A DNA stretch of 64,000 nt from a virus (IMGVR_UViG_3300017991_000049:128001-192000), one strand, 5' to 3'; shown: positions 16,154 to 25,585, counted from the stretch's first letter. The notes: generated by a model not told the origin, from the letters alone. A program made the numbers and translations.

Positions 16154-17836
16154 TTACAGTGAAAGTCCTAGTCCGCTCGCTTCGCCCCACTCCGGGAGAT
16201 CCTCTGCGCTGCCGTCAGCGGGCACGAGCGTTTCGTAGCATCCCATGCAGTACCCTGCGCCTCTGGGCCGTGACCGCTCCAGGATGTCGTGCCGTATGTA
16301 CTCATTGAAGTATCCGACCGGGGTGCTGTAGATGTTGTTGCCTACGTCCTGGCCCACAGACCCGTCGAACAGCGTGAAGTCGCCGCCCGGTGCATCAGTG
16401 AAGATGTTGGCCGGCGTTGCCTCTGAGAGGTTCCCCGAGCCACCCAGCACGCTTTGCGCTGTCCCGTCTCCGTCGTCCATGTTGTAACCGGCCGTGATCG
16501 ATGCTGGCGGGCTGCCACTGAAGCTGTAGCAATTGCTACCTATCGCTGAGCTGATATTGTTCTGGGCGTAGAGTACGGGGATGTCGCTGAAGATCTGCCA
16601 GTCGAGGAAGGCCCCAGTGACGTCGTATGCCGTGTTGTTGTAGAACCAGAGACTGACATACGCACCCGACACGCAGTGGAACACATCAATTCCGATGTCG
16701 TAAAACAGGCAGTTGGCGAACGAGATGAAATGTGGCGAAGAGCCCGCGAACAAGTTCAGCCCGTTAGACAAGCCATGGAACGTGCAGCGATCGAACGCCC
16801 AGAACGTGTACGAGTTGCCAGGTGATACACCGTTCGACATGTCCTTGAACTCGATGCCGGTGACGCGGAGGAACTCTCCATTGCCTTGGCCGTTGACACC
16901 GCCGTTATTCACTTGCGTGGCAATGTACGGTGACTCGCCATCTGCCGGCTCAATAAAGGCATTCTGCGACGCCCAAGGCGCCCCGAACTCCACACCACCA
17001 AGGTCGCCACCGCCGTAGCAAATGGCGTACTCGTCGTCTCCACTACCACCGCGCGCAGCTGACCAGGCAGCCAACGTCGTGTAGTCGCCCACGGTGACGA
17101 GGTTCGTAGGCACGTCGTCAGCCAAGGCCATGCCGCTCTGCGAGACGGTCAGCGTGCCAGGAAGCTCATCGTCGTACCCTACACCGGTGAAGTACCAGGC
17201 CAACGAGAGCGTTGCCACCTCGTCCGGAGGCACCGGACTGCCTGCATAGGCGCCGGTGCCGGACAGCTGTGCCCGCTCATCTGCGGTGAACACACGGCCC
17301 GTGATCTTACACCAGTGGGACATCTTGTTGCCACTGTTGATGTAGTTTGTGTCGCCCTCCTCCCTCCGTCCGAAGTTCACGTAGTCAGTGCAGTAGACAG
17401 AGACCGGCGCCTGCATGTACGTCATGTACGACTGCTCCACGCCATCAACGTAGATCCTCGCACGGTAATCGCCGGACAAGTACTCCACAGTAATGTGCCG
17501 CCATCCAGGATTACCGTTGAACGGGGCGGTACTGGTTAGAGTCGTACCGCCACCGAACTCTCCAGTGTCTATATCGACTTTTACATTCCCTGCCTGGATG
17601 AACACGCTGTCTTCCGGTATCGTGATGGCGAACAGCATCCCGGAACCGCCATCGTTCCACTCCAGCAGCGTTTGGAAACCACTGCCGGCGTTGCTGTCCA
17701 TGAACACCCATCCCGCTATCGCCCAACCATCCTGCGGCAGGTCGAACACCGAGTTCTGGTTCACGCGGACGTACGACGATCCACTGAACTCCCAGCTCCG
17801 GGCTGCAGGCGTGATTGTCTTGGTTGTGGTTCCCAT
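16154..17836 (-). CDS. Tailspike/tail-fibre-like protein (LamG-like N-terminal domain plus right-handed beta-helix)
   Basis: The N-terminal lectin-like region reads 'WAIAGWVFMD...WRHITVEY...YVDGVEQ'. The C-terminal region has periodic beta-helix signatures such as 'NNTAYDVTGAF' and 'GNNIYST', with aromatic and Asn ladders. Confidence 0.5.
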   Translation of the reverse strand: MGTTTKTITPAARSWEFSGSSYVRVNQNSVFDLPQDGWAIAGWVFMDSNAGSGFQTLLEWNDGGSGMLFAITIPEDSVFIQAGNVKVDIDTGEFGGGTTLTSTAPFNGNPGWRHITVEYLSGDYRARIYVDGVEQSYMTYMQAPVSVYCTDYVNFGRREEGDTNYINSGNKMSHWCKITGRVFTADERAQLSGTGAYAGSPVPPDEVATLSLAWYFTGVGYDDELPGTLTVSQSGMALADDVPTNLVTVGDYTTLAAWSAARGGSGDDEYAICYGGGDLGGVEFGAPWASQNAFIEPADGESPYIATQVNNGGVNGQGNGEFLRVTGIEFKDMSNGVSPGNSYTFWAFDRCTFHGLSNGLNLFAGSSPHFISFANCLFYDIGIDVFHCVSGAYVSLWFYNNTAYDVTGAFLDWQIFSDIPVLYAQNNISSAIGSNCYSFSGSPPASITAGYNMDDGDGTAQSVLGGSGNLSEATPANIFTDAPGGDFTLFDGSVGQDVGNNIYSTPVGYFNEYIRHDILERSRPRGAGYCMGCYETLVPADGSAEDLPEWGEASGLGLSL

Positions 17837-17843
17837 GATACGG

Positions 17844-18320
17844 CTATCCCTGCGGTGCTAGTGGTTCGACATCTCCGCCTATGTCTACAGCAGTCACCTT
17901 CACCTCACTAGGCCGACGTGTCGGCCGTGTCACCCCTGTGGTGATCTTCGGCACGTACTCGTTCTCGTCGAGGATCTTCCGGCGAGTATCGGCGTCCAGG
18001 CCGGTCAGGTCGCAATACTTCGAGCACGCGTTTTCGTAGACCTTATGGCCGTCGACCTCGCCCACTTCCTCAAGCACAGGCAGGTCCATTGTTGGCGCCT
18101 GGGCGAACGGCTTACGCTGCTCCGTCTTTGTGTACGGATGCACGACCACGGGGTCAGGCGCCTTCGAGCCGTTCAACTGCGCCTCGATAGCCCTGTCCTC
18201 GGTAGTCATGGGCTTCCAGTCGACGATCTGCAGTAGCCGCTTCTCCTCGCGGCCCCATCTCGCACCGTCCTTCTTGATGCAGATGACCTCACCGGTCTTT
18301 GGGTTGACTAGCGCTTCCAT
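17844..18320 (-). CDS. Hypothetical protein
   Basis: The ORF has an AGGGAG ribosome-binding site and is tightly spaced with its neighbours. Confidence 0.4.
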   Translation of the reverse strand: MEALVNPKTGEVICIKKDGARWGREEKRLLQIVDWKPMTTEDRAIEAQLNGSKAPDPVVVHPYTKTEQRKPFAQAPTMDLPVLEEVGEVDGHKVYENACSKYCDLTGLDADTRRKILDENEYVPKITTGVTRPTRRPSEVKVTAVDIGGDVEPLAPQG

Positions 18321-18323
18321 GCG

Positions 18324-19121
18324 TTACTCCCTGATAAGGTCAAGCGTTGTCTTCCACCACTCCCAACGTGGATTCCACTCACGGTAGCGCCCGCCGTCCC
18401 ACCAGAGGAACACGCCGTCCGTGTGCTTAAAGGCGTAGGACAGCAACGTGCGCCAGGCAATGCCCGACATCGGCTCCGGCCGTCCCTTGTCCAGCCACCA
18501 TGGCCAGATAATCGGCATGATCGGCGTGGTGGGCGCCACGAAGCGCAGGGCCTGGAAATGACGCTCCATCCACAACAACGACTGCTCCAAGCCGACTGGC
18601 CGGCCAGGCTGATGCACGCCATCTCGGTAACCGTGGTCGAAGTAGCATTGCGGGGAAATGTAGTCCTGCAGCTCAAGCATCGGCTTGAGTGGGCGCACCA
18701 CGTTATCGAACCAGTGGTCAGGATCGTTCAATACTGGTCCGGCCCAGCACGCTGGCTCCTTGTAGTATCCGTACATCAGGTCGGGCCTGATCCGCCTGCA
18801 CCAGTTGAGCAAGCGGATGCGCTTCTGCATGGCATCCGGCCGAAACTCCATGCCGCCCGTTGGCACCGGCACGGCAGTCCGCCAGGACCCTCCGTTGTTA
18901 CCAGACTCGATATTCAGGTACATCAAACGACCGGCGGGCTGCTGCATCAGCCGCGCCTCCATACGCTCCTCATCGATCCACCCCGAAGCATCGATCTCGC
19001 CATCGACCTTCGGGAAGATGATCCCATGTCCCATGAAGTGGACATTCTCACTAATACCAAACAGCGCCGGGTCGGGCTGATTGTTGAACCGTAGGTTCGG
19101 AAACGCGTAGAGGGGCGGCAT
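18324..19121 (-). CDS. Hypothetical protein (possible TIM-barrel glycoside hydrolase)
   Basis: The Trp-rich product has an 'MYLNIESGNNGGSW' segment. A GGTAGGAGA ribosome-binding site lies upstream. The hydrolase call is only a guess. Confidence 0.35.
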   Translation of the reverse strand: MPPLYAFPNLRFNNQPDPALFGISENVHFMGHGIIFPKVDGEIDASGWIDEERMEARLMQQPAGRLMYLNIESGNNGGSWRTAVPVPTGGMEFRPDAMQKRIRLLNWCRRIRPDLMYGYYKEPACWAGPVLNDPDHWFDNVVRPLKPMLELQDYISPQCYFDHGYRDGVHQPGRPVGLEQSLLWMERHFQALRFVAPTTPIMPIIWPWWLDKGRPEPMSGIAWRTLLSYAFKHTDGVFLWWDGGRYREWNPRWEWWKTTLDLIRE

Positions 19122-19130
19122 TCTTGTCTC

Positions 19131-19496
19131 CTACCAGCGGAAGTGGAATTGGTATCCGTACGGGCGGTACTGTTGGCCGTAGGGCTGTGTGTTGTAGTGA
19201 GGGCCAAAGTACAGCTGCAGGCTCTGCGATCGGTAGTTATGTGGGCAGCGCTGCTGTGGCGCGTACTGTGGGCGCGCTCTGGGCGGCCGTTGGTACGTGG
19301 GCCGCGGCCGGTACTGGCGGTACTGCCGCTGGTACTGCTGTCCGTACATCGGGCGCTGGCCGATCTGCACCTGCACGCCTACCTGCGGGCCCATGCCACG
19401 CTTCTGGGGATGGTTGTCGGCCATACGCCACGACTGTGCGCTACACATGGCAGTCACGGCGAAGAACAGTGCGATAGTGAGTAGAACGCGTTTCAT
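19131..19496 (-). CDS. Sec-signal secreted Gln/Tyr/Arg-rich protein
   Basis: The signal peptide reads 'MKRVLLTIALFFAVTAMCSAQ'. The mature part is Q/Y/R/P-rich. A GAGGAGAG ribosome-binding site lies upstream. Confidence 0.45.
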   Translation of the reverse strand: MKRVLLTIALFFAVTAMCSAQSWRMADNHPQKRGMGPQVGVQVQIGQRPMYGQQYQRQYRQYRPRPTYQRPPRARPQYAPQQRCPHNYRSQSLQLYFGPHYNTQPYGQQYRPYGYQFHFRW

Positions 19497-19510
19497 CAGT
19501 CTCTCCTCGG

Positions 19511-20698
19511 TTAGTTGGTCAGACGCTCCAGCCAATTTTGATCAGCTGAACAAGATTCGGCTGCTTTCCTGTGCCCTGCCAGCACATTGGTACTCAGTTT
19601 GCCCTGTGGGTACTTTTTCTGGAGCCAGTCGAGCATACCCAGCTCGCCGCCCTGTGTGAGGAACATCAGCTTCTTGTCGCCGGCTGTACGCTGGTGGAAG
19701 TCTACGCCCAGGTCGCCTCGATCCTTCACGGTGAGGTCGCCACAGTTGTAGTCGGCCAGCTCGGCATACTTGTCCATGGCCACCTTACCAGCCATGCCGT
19801 TGAAACCGCCCACTCCCACTCCTTTACCCAAAGCCCCAGTGGCGATCGGGAAGCCCAGGCCGCTGGCGCTGCCTACACCCATATGGGCCATTGAAAAGTC
19901 CCCTGGAGCCCCTTGCCAGCTCTGCGGTTGCTGCTGTTGTACAGGCATCGGGGCCTCGTGTTTCTCCATACCGGCGAGGTTCTGCCCGGCCGCGGCCATC
20001 ACTCTTGGATCGTCGGACGGAGCAACCGTAGGTGCTTGCTGTGCTGGCACTTGGGCCACGCCAGGGGGCATAGCGATGGATGGCCGCGCTGATTTTTCAA
20101 GGCTTCGCGTCCCCAGCTCGGAGGGTGCCGACGGGGGCGCATCCGCAGTAATCCCCTCTTTTGGGAACACAGAGGTAGCCACAACGGCTGCATCCACGGC
20201 CTTTTTGATGCCACTGATAGCAGCGACCATGCGCGCGGTTTGGACATCATCAGGTAAGAAATCACAGAGTGCTATCGGTGCTGCCACTCCCGACGCAGCC
20301 TTGTCGCAGCCCCCAGACTCCATCACTTCGAGCTTGTCGTAGTATTTTCTGTCCTCTTGTAGGTGATCTTTGGCGATCTCCTCGGCCAGCTCCTCGTCGT
20401 TGACATGCTCCATCTCCACTTCTTCGCCCTTGTCAAGCTGGTCCTCTGGGTATGCGGAGTCGGGTTTGCCGTCAGCCAAACCACCAGTCAGCCGATCGGG
20501 ACCAGAGGCCATTTTGCCCACGATAGCGTGCATCCAGGGGGCGTACGCCTCCTTCTTGCGCCCCTTTTTCTTAGCGCGCTCAGGTAGGTCTTTGCCCTTG
20601 GACTCCTCGTTCCATTCGTCCACGTCAACGCCCTCAGCCTCAAGCTCGGCCTTGTTGGCATTGAAGTAACGCCGCTGAGCGTCGCTAGCGTATGGCAT
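19511..20698 (-). CDS. Hypothetical protein (possible virion or scaffold protein)
   Basis: The product has an acidic N-terminal third and a Gly/Met-rich C-terminus. A TAGGAG ribosome-binding site lies before MPYASDAQ. Confidence 0.4.
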   Translation of the reverse strand: MPYASDAQRRYFNANKAELEAEGVDVDEWNEESKGKDLPERAKKKGRKKEAYAPWMHAIVGKMASGPDRLTGGLADGKPDSAYPEDQLDKGEEVEMEHVNDEELAEEIAKDHLQEDRKYYDKLEVMESGGCDKAASGVAAPIALCDFLPDDVQTARMVAAISGIKKAVDAAVVATSVFPKEGITADAPPSAPSELGTRSLEKSARPSIAMPPGVAQVPAQQAPTVAPSDDPRVMAAAGQNLAGMEKHEAPMPVQQQQPQSWQGAPGDFSMAHMGVGSASGLGFPIATGALGKGVGVGGFNGMAGKVAMDKYAELADYNCGDLTVKDRGDLGVDFHQRTAGDKKLMFLTQGGELGMLDWLQKKYPQGKLSTNVLAGHRKAAESCSADQNWLERLTN

Positions 20699-20790
20699 CG
20701 TGCCGCTCCTAGAAGGTTCCAATCCGTTGTTCCACGCCACTCACTAGTATGGCGCATCTACACAGGGCTGGCAATGCGTGTCTGATAGCT

Positions 20791-20815
20791 AAAGAAAAGG
20801 CCCCAAAGTGGGGCC
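20791..20815 (-). terminator. Rho-independent terminator
   Basis: The sense strand reads GGCCCCACTTTGGGGCC followed by TTTTCTTT. Confidence 0.5.
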
Positions 20816-20857
20816 TAGATTAGTTCAGATGATCGGCTAGCATGGTTGGCTTCTTGC

Positions 20858-21532
20858 TCAGCTGAGCGATAGGCCCATGCGCGCCAGTGCCTCGACAACG
20901 TATCGACAGCGTGTCTTGCCCATACCGGCTACCTTGCGCAGGCCCGCTTCCGAGTATGACAGAAGCGCGTCGATCGTAAGGATGCTTGCCTGGTGGAGCA
21001 CATCTAACGTACGTGGATCCAAACCGTCCAGCGTAAAAACTGGCAGACGCGCCGGATCCTGCTTGTCCGCGGCCATTGGGTTGTTTAGATATGTGTGAGC
21101 GTGAAAATGTCCAGGATCAACGCACACCTCATGCGCATCTGCTGGATAATTAGCCCGCGTCAACAGCTCCAGCAGCCAGTTATGCATATGGGCTGCCCAT
21201 ACGTTGGTGAATGCTGTAGGACTATCCACGTAGCTGTTCACGGACACGTATACCTGCAACCGTGGCGGCGGTGGCTTGTCGGCAACACTCATCCGTGTGA
21301 ACATGTTGACTTTCGGCGCCCAGCACGCACGCGCATCTACGAGCTCGTGTAGAACCAGCTGCAAAGCCTGTTCGTCGACCGCGCTGAGCGCAGCTATCAT
21401 CCGTGACTCGATGTGTGTCAGCGCGCCCAACAGCATCGTACCGACGAACGAGTCGGTAGCCAGCTTCATCTTGCCCGTAGCTTCGGGCATATCGCCGTCC
21501 AGCAGGTCTATAGTCGTCTCGTACTTTTCCAT
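20858..21532 (-). CDS. Hypothetical protein
   Basis: An AAAGGAGGAT ribosome-binding site lies upstream, and conserved motif copy 3 is 20 nt upstream of the start. Confidence 0.45.
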   Translation of the reverse strand: MEKYETTIDLLDGDMPEATGKMKLATDSFVGTMLLGALTHIESRMIAALSAVDEQALQLVLHELVDARACWAPKVNMFTRMSVADKPPPPRLQVYVSVNSYVDSPTAFTNVWAAHMHNWLLELLTRANYPADAHEVCVDPGHFHAHTYLNNPMAADKQDPARLPVFTLDGLDPRTLDVLHQASILTIDALLSYSEAGLRKVAGMGKTRCRYVVEALARMGLSLS

Positions 21533-21552
21533 CCTATCCTCCTTTCAAATCT

Positions 21553-21568
21553 TGTTCATGTGATCAAA
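21553..21568 (-). promoter_or_regulatory. Conserved 16-bp motif (copy 3)
   Basis: The sense strand reads TTGATCACATGAACAA, followed by GATTTGAAAGGAG and then the ATG. Confidence 0.5.
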
Positions 21569-21591
21569 AAGAAGGGCGCCCGAAGGCGCCC
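21566..21591 (-). terminator. Rho-independent terminator
   Basis: The sense strand reads GGGCGCC-TTCG-GGCGCCC followed by TTCTTTTT. Confidence 0.5.
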
Positions 21592-21623
21592 CAGGTCAAA
21601 GGTCACCAGGCAACGCCTGCTCG

Positions 21624-21986
21624 TTAGTTGTTGCTTGGATCTGGCCCTCGGTGACAACGCGCCTGTTGAAGTGCACGCACGGCAAGCGTTACATACCCTT
21701 CTGGGGGTGTTAGCTTGCTGTTGAGCCCACTAAGCATTTCGTGCAGCGTGAAAGCCATGTTACCCAGCATGGCAAGATCGTCACTGCTACGGCTCCACAC
21801 CGTGACTTCCAGCTGCGTATCTGTAAGCTCATCCACAAATACGCGATAGCCATTTTCGTGCGCATGGCACAACGCCTGCAGTGTGTCCTGCAAGCTCTCG
21901 TGATCGTGGTCGGCCAAGCAGTGGACTACCAGCAACAGGAACGCCTCGCGCTGCCGGCTTGACGGACTGAGCGGGTCGCCGCCCAT
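21624..21986 (-). CDS. Small hypothetical protein, paralog family A
   Basis: The product shares the pattern 'AFLL.V......D...LQ..L...C.....GYRV......LEVT.W.R' with gene 23249..23617. Confidence 0.45.
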   Translation of the reverse strand: MGGDPLSPSSRQREAFLLLVVHCLADHDHESLQDTLQALCHAHENGYRVFVDELTDTQLEVTVWSRSSDDLAMLGNMAFTLHEMLSGLNSKLTPPEGYVTLAVRALQQARCHRGPDPSNN

Positions 21987-22006
21987 TGGAAAGCTCCTTT
22001 CAAATC

Positions 22007-22022
22007 TTGTTCATGTGATCAA
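22007..22022 (-). promoter_or_regulatory. Conserved 16-bp motif (copy 4)
   Basis: The context is identical to copy 3, an exact duplication of terminator plus motif plus ribosome-binding site. Confidence 0.5.
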
Positions 22023-22043
22023 AAAGGGCGCCCGAAGGCGCCC
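22021..22043 (-). terminator. Rho-independent terminator
   Basis: The hairpin is GGGCGCC-TTCG-GGCGCCC followed by a T-run. Confidence 0.5.
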
Positions 22044-22054
22044 CAGGTCAAAGG

Positions 22055-22630
22055 TCACCAGGCATCAGGCATCTCAGGATACCCGTCCTCCACTTCTTCC
22101 TCGACGTCGAGGTCATCGTCCAGATACCACTTCTTGCCCTCCTCGATATGCGGGTCGAGCGACTTGGTATCTACACGTACCGAGCGCATCAGCGCCTCGA
22201 TCAGCTGGCGGACGATAGCGCCTTCGCCGTCTGGGTCTCGAGCGATTTCACGCCCGATGTCCTTGAGTATCTCAGGGTTCTCCATCAGCTTCTTGATGAA
22301 GTATTGGCCCTCGGACTCAAGGCGGTTGAGCTGAGGATCGACGCTGCGCGTGACCTTCAGCAGGGAGTTGCACAGCTCGGCCTTCTGCATCTCGTTGTAT
22401 GCCAAGGCGAGCCTGTGCAGCTCGGAGCCAGCGCCCATCTGCTTGTTCGGCCCAACGCGGGCCTTGGCTCTGAGCAAGATCTCGTCCAGCAAGACCTCCT
22501 GGGTCCGCTGGATCTTGGCCGTCCGGTGGGCCGGTACCGGCCTGAATAGCTTGACTGCGGTAATTCCAGCGCCTGCGCCTACGACGACGCAAAGCACGGC
22601 ACACAATAGCATTACGATACGCTTACTCAT
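22055..22630 (-). CDS. N-terminally membrane-anchored protein
   Basis: The N-terminus reads 'MSKRIVMLLCAVLCVVVGAGAG'. The gene is preceded by a 30-nt element, TCTTTAACCCGCTCTTGAAAGGAGCAACCC, that also precedes gene 22664..23197. Confidence 0.45.
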   Translation of the reverse strand: MSKRIVMLLCAVLCVVVGAGAGITAVKLFRPVPAHRTAKIQRTQEVLLDEILLRAKARVGPNKQMGAGSELHRLALAYNEMQKAELCNSLLKVTRSVDPQLNRLESEGQYFIKKLMENPEILKDIGREIARDPDGEGAIVRQLIEALMRSVRVDTKSLDPHIEEGKKWYLDDDLDVEEEVEDGYPEMPDAW

Positions 22631-22663
22631 GGGGTTGCTCCTTTCAAGAGCGGGTTAAAGAAA

Positions 22664-23197
22664 TCAACCGTGCCACTGCTGTGACACGGCTTGTGGGTCG
22701 TTCGGCGCGAGATGATAGCGCTCAACTAGGGACGCCAAGTCCTCATGGGTCGTACGCAAATCCGTACCGCCTTCGGTATCTGTCGCGTGGTAGCGTGTGA
22801 CACTGACCTCATGGCAACGCCCTTGACGATGGACGAAGCGCATCGCATAGGACAGCCAAATGAAGAGATCATCTGTGAACTTGGCCCGCTGCGCTGCGCT
22901 GAACACGCCAACCGCATCGTTAAAGATCACATAGACCCACACGTCACGGCACAGTACCTCAACGAGAATCTTGGTGCCATGGTCGACATCGCCGAACACA
23001 TCCATGAGCAGCGTCTGCGCACGGGCACTGTCGTCTTGATTGACAGCCTCAATAAATGCATTACGCAGATGCGCGGCGGACATGCAAAACAGGGTACGCC
23101 AAAAGCCATCATCCAGTTCATTCAACGCTGCGCCCGCCGGGTCGATAAAATCGACCTCGCTGGGTGGTGGTCGGTCGTGAAAATCATCAGACGCCAT
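22664..23197 (-). CDS. Hypothetical protein
   Basis: The gene has the same duplicated 30-nt upstream element. Confidence 0.4.
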   Translation of the reverse strand: MASDDFHDRPPPSEVDFIDPAGAALNELDDGFWRTLFCMSAAHLRNAFIEAVNQDDSARAQTLLMDVFGDVDHGTKILVEVLCRDVWVYVIFNDAVGVFSAAQRAKFTDDLFIWLSYAMRFVHRQGRCHEVSVTRYHATDTEGGTDLRTTHEDLASLVERYHLAPNDPQAVSQQWHG

Positions 23198-23248
23198 GGG
23201 TTGCTCCTTTCAAGAGCGGGTTAAAGAGCTATGGCTTGTGCCATAGTG

Positions 23249-23617
23249 TCATTCACGAGCGGCAATAAGAGCTGCCGGAAGCTGTCTGCGCTGCAGCACA
23301 CGCACATCGATATCATCGAAGCCCTCGGACTCATCGTCCTCGTAGCGCTTGTCGTTGAGGTCGTTGAGCATCTGATACATCTGGATGGCCAGCTTGCACA
23401 TCTCCTCGAAGTCCCCGTCGTCGCGATCCCAGATCGTGACTTCCAAATGGTTGGCAACGGGTGTCTCCAAGTGTACTCGATAGCCGGGGGCACAGACCTG
23501 ACACCGTGTCGACAGCGCGTGCTGCAGCAAACGCACGTCTCGATCGAGCACTCCGTTTATGACCATCAGCAAGAAAGCTCGGCGATCATTATCCTCCGGG
23601 GTGAATTGCTTACACAT
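23249..23617 (-). CDS. Small hypothetical protein, paralog family A
   Basis: This is a paralog of 21624..21986 and ends in an acidic C-terminus. Confidence 0.45.
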   Translation of the reverse strand: MCKQFTPEDNDRRAFLLMVINGVLDRDVRLLQHALSTRCQVCAPGYRVHLETPVANHLEVTIWDRDDGDFEEMCKLAIQMYQMLNDLNDKRYEDDESEGFDDIDVRVLQRRQLPAALIAARE

Positions 23618-23635
23618 ACGTCTTCCTTTCGTGGG

Positions 23636-23971
23636 TCAGAACGGCCTGACCTTGGAACGGGGCCTGCCACGGGCAGGCCAGGGTTTAGGCACCGTACGGT
23701 GCCAGTGGACAATGTCATGCAGGGTCACGCTGTGCTGCTCCCGGGCGCGGTGGATACGATGCGCCAGGTACTGACAGATCTTGTGACTGATTCCGAACTG
23801 CGTAAGGGCGGCAGCATGCTCGCCTAGGGCGACTAGCTGCGCCAGGGCGGCCCTGCTCGCGTCGCTGACCTCTTGGCCAGCGTCTTCCAGGGCCTGGTTG
23901 ATCGCGTAGCAGACATCCACTACGGCTGTATCGTGGTACTTATCGGTCGTCACTCCATCGGGTAGTGGCAT
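23636..23971 (-). CDS. Hypothetical protein
   Basis: The ORF is well defined and tightly spaced with its neighbours. Confidence 0.4.
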   Translation of the reverse strand: MPLPDGVTTDKYHDTAVVDVCYAINQALEDAGQEVSDASRAALAQLVALGEHAAALTQFGISHKICQYLAHRIHRAREQHSVTLHDIVHWHRTVPKPWPARGRPRSKVRPF

Positions 23972-23973
23972 GT

Positions 23974-24336
23974 TTACTCCCTTGTGACCTCAAGCACGCG
24001 CTTCTCAGCGGTCTTGCGGGTGGTGAACAGCACCACGGCATGGATCTTGGCCGGGCACCGTAGGATCAGCTCGTGGAACCAGACGGCCACGTTCGAGGCA
24101 TACGCCTCTGCCAGTGGCTGGTGCTTTCGTGCGACGTCGTCGCCGAAGACGACAACGATTGTCAGCGCGGTAGCGGAATACTCGCCACACTCCGACAAAC
24201 GGGTGTCGAAGCTTCCGGTGGCAAACGTCTCCTCGCCATCGAAGATCACGTCCAGGATGGCATTCAGTGACGGGACGTGCTGATCCATCAGCGCCTGGGT
24301 GGCGGGGATGTTCAGCGAGTCAGATAACTTGTCCAT
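23974..24336 (-). CDS. Hypothetical protein
   Basis: An AAAGGAGG ribosome-binding site lies upstream, and motif copy 5 is 20 nt upstream of the start. Confidence 0.4.
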   Translation of the reverse strand: MDKLSDSLNIPATQALMDQHVPSLNAILDVIFDGEETFATGSFDTRLSECGEYSATALTIVVVFGDDVARKHQPLAEAYASNVAVWFHELILRCPAKIHAVVLFTTRKTAEKRVLEVTRE

Positions 24337-24354
24337 CGTTCCTCCTTTTGAACT

Positions 24355-24370
24355 TTGTTCATGTGATCAA
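24355..24370 (-). promoter_or_regulatory. Conserved 16-bp motif (copy 5)
   Basis: The sense strand reads TTGATCACATGAACAA. Confidence 0.5.
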
Positions 24371-25230
24371 GATTCGTCCTCTGCGGCCTCCTCTTCGCGC
24401 AACTTGCGCAGTCTGCGGTGTTGTTTCTGTCGCTCCGCAACAGTGGGCTGAGAACCGAATATCCTCCGCTTCCGCGGGGGTGGCGGTTCGGCACCGGGCT
24501 TGTCGCTCGAATCGCTCAAGCTGCTTCGAGCTATGAGCTTCGTGCGGGTGGAATCCTCAGGCGCGATAAACCAGTCGCGCATCCAGCGACACAGCTTGGC
24601 CATCTGCTTGTCCTGGCCCTTGCCCATACGTGAGCCGATATTGGTATCTTTGCCGTATTGCATGCCCGGCACCTCGATACCAACAGGTATGCCGATCATA
24701 GCCATCAGGGCGACAAACATTCCGAGGGTGTTGTAGTCGTAGCCCTCCTGCTTGAACAGCACGTCGTGCAACCGTACTTCGTAGTATTTGCCCGCCCTGG
24801 AGAATCCACTGGTAGGCGGTGCCCAACGTAGACGGCGACGCACTTCCTTAGAGAGATTCACAAACCACATGCTATCGAAGGTCATCTCGACAGCAGGGTG
24901 TTTGGGTTCCAGCTCGGCCTGCAGCCTTGCCTGCTCTTTGAGTAGCCGCGTTTTGTCGGCGGTTATCTGCGTGAGCTTCTGGGTCAGCTTGCCCAGCTCA
25001 GCTTCCAGCTCAGCGATACGGGCATTCGTCGGAGCCAGCGCAGCAACTGCTTTCTTGGCACGCTCATCGGCCTCGGCTGCCTGCGTGCGCAGCTCCGCGT
25101 TCGTACGGCGTAACTGCGCCTGTAAGTCTTGTACCTTCGTTAGATACGACATGGCCGTCTCGTCGTGCGCAACGTACTTTTGTAGATCGGCCATAGCCGC
25201 CTTAGCTTCTCGTCTGAGTTTCGACGCCAT
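24367..25230 (-). CDS. Coiled-coil protein
   Basis: The N-terminal ~110 aa show heptad-like Ala/Leu/Gln/Glu periodicity. The C-terminus is basic. Confidence 0.4.
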   Translation of the reverse strand: MASKLRREAKAAMADLQKYVAHDETAMSYLTKVQDLQAQLRRTNAELRTQAAEADERAKKAVAALAPTNARIAELEAELGKLTQKLTQITADKTRLLKEQARLQAELEPKHPAVEMTFDSMWFVNLSKEVRRRLRWAPPTSGFSRAGKYYEVRLHDVLFKQEGYDYNTLGMFVALMAMIGIPVGIEVPGMQYGKDTNIGSRMGKGQDKQMAKLCRWMRDWFIAPEDSTRTKLIARSSLSDSSDKPGAEPPPPRKRRIFGSQPTVAERQKQHRRLRKLREEEAAEDES

Positions 25231-25251
25231 GTCGATCTCCTTTCGTTAGGT

Positions 25252-25277
25252 AAAAAGAAAGGCCCCGTGAAGGGGCC
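25252..25277 (-). terminator. Rho-independent terminator
   Basis: The sense strand reads GGCCCC-TTCAC-GGGGCC followed by TTTCTTTTT. Confidence 0.5.
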
Positions 25278-25291
25278 TTGAGTAATCAGGC

Positions 25292-25498
25292 CTACTCGGC
25301 CATTGCCGCCATGGCAAATCCGTCGGCCAACCGTTGGCCGTACGTGGGCGTCTCATCCGTCTCCGCTTGCAGGAACGTGTCCGGCGCAGCCTGTACACGG
25401 ATATCGCGCTTGCGTGGGCGCGAGTCACGTACACGCAGTACGGACATGTCGCATCGGTGATGAACGCCGCGGTGACAGCCACAAATCTTGCAGTACAT
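25292..25498 (-). CDS. Small Cys/His-rich (zinc-binding?) protein
   Basis: The N-terminus reads 'MYCKICGCHRGVHHRCD'. Confidence 0.35.
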   Translation of the reverse strand: MYCKICGCHRGVHHRCDMSVLRVRDSRPRKRDIRVQAAPDTFLQAETDETPTYGQRLADGFAMAAMAE

Positions 25499-25569
25499 AG
25501 TAAGGTTCCTTGTAAAGAGGGAGGGGTAAGCTACTGGTCCAACATATTAGACTGCCGCGTTTTCGCATT

Positions 25570-25585
25570 TTGTTCACATGATCAA
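25570..25585 (-). promoter_or_regulatory. Conserved 16-bp motif (copy 6)
   Basis: The sense strand reads TTGATCATGTGAACAA and is preceded by terminator 25605..25628. Confidence 0.45.
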
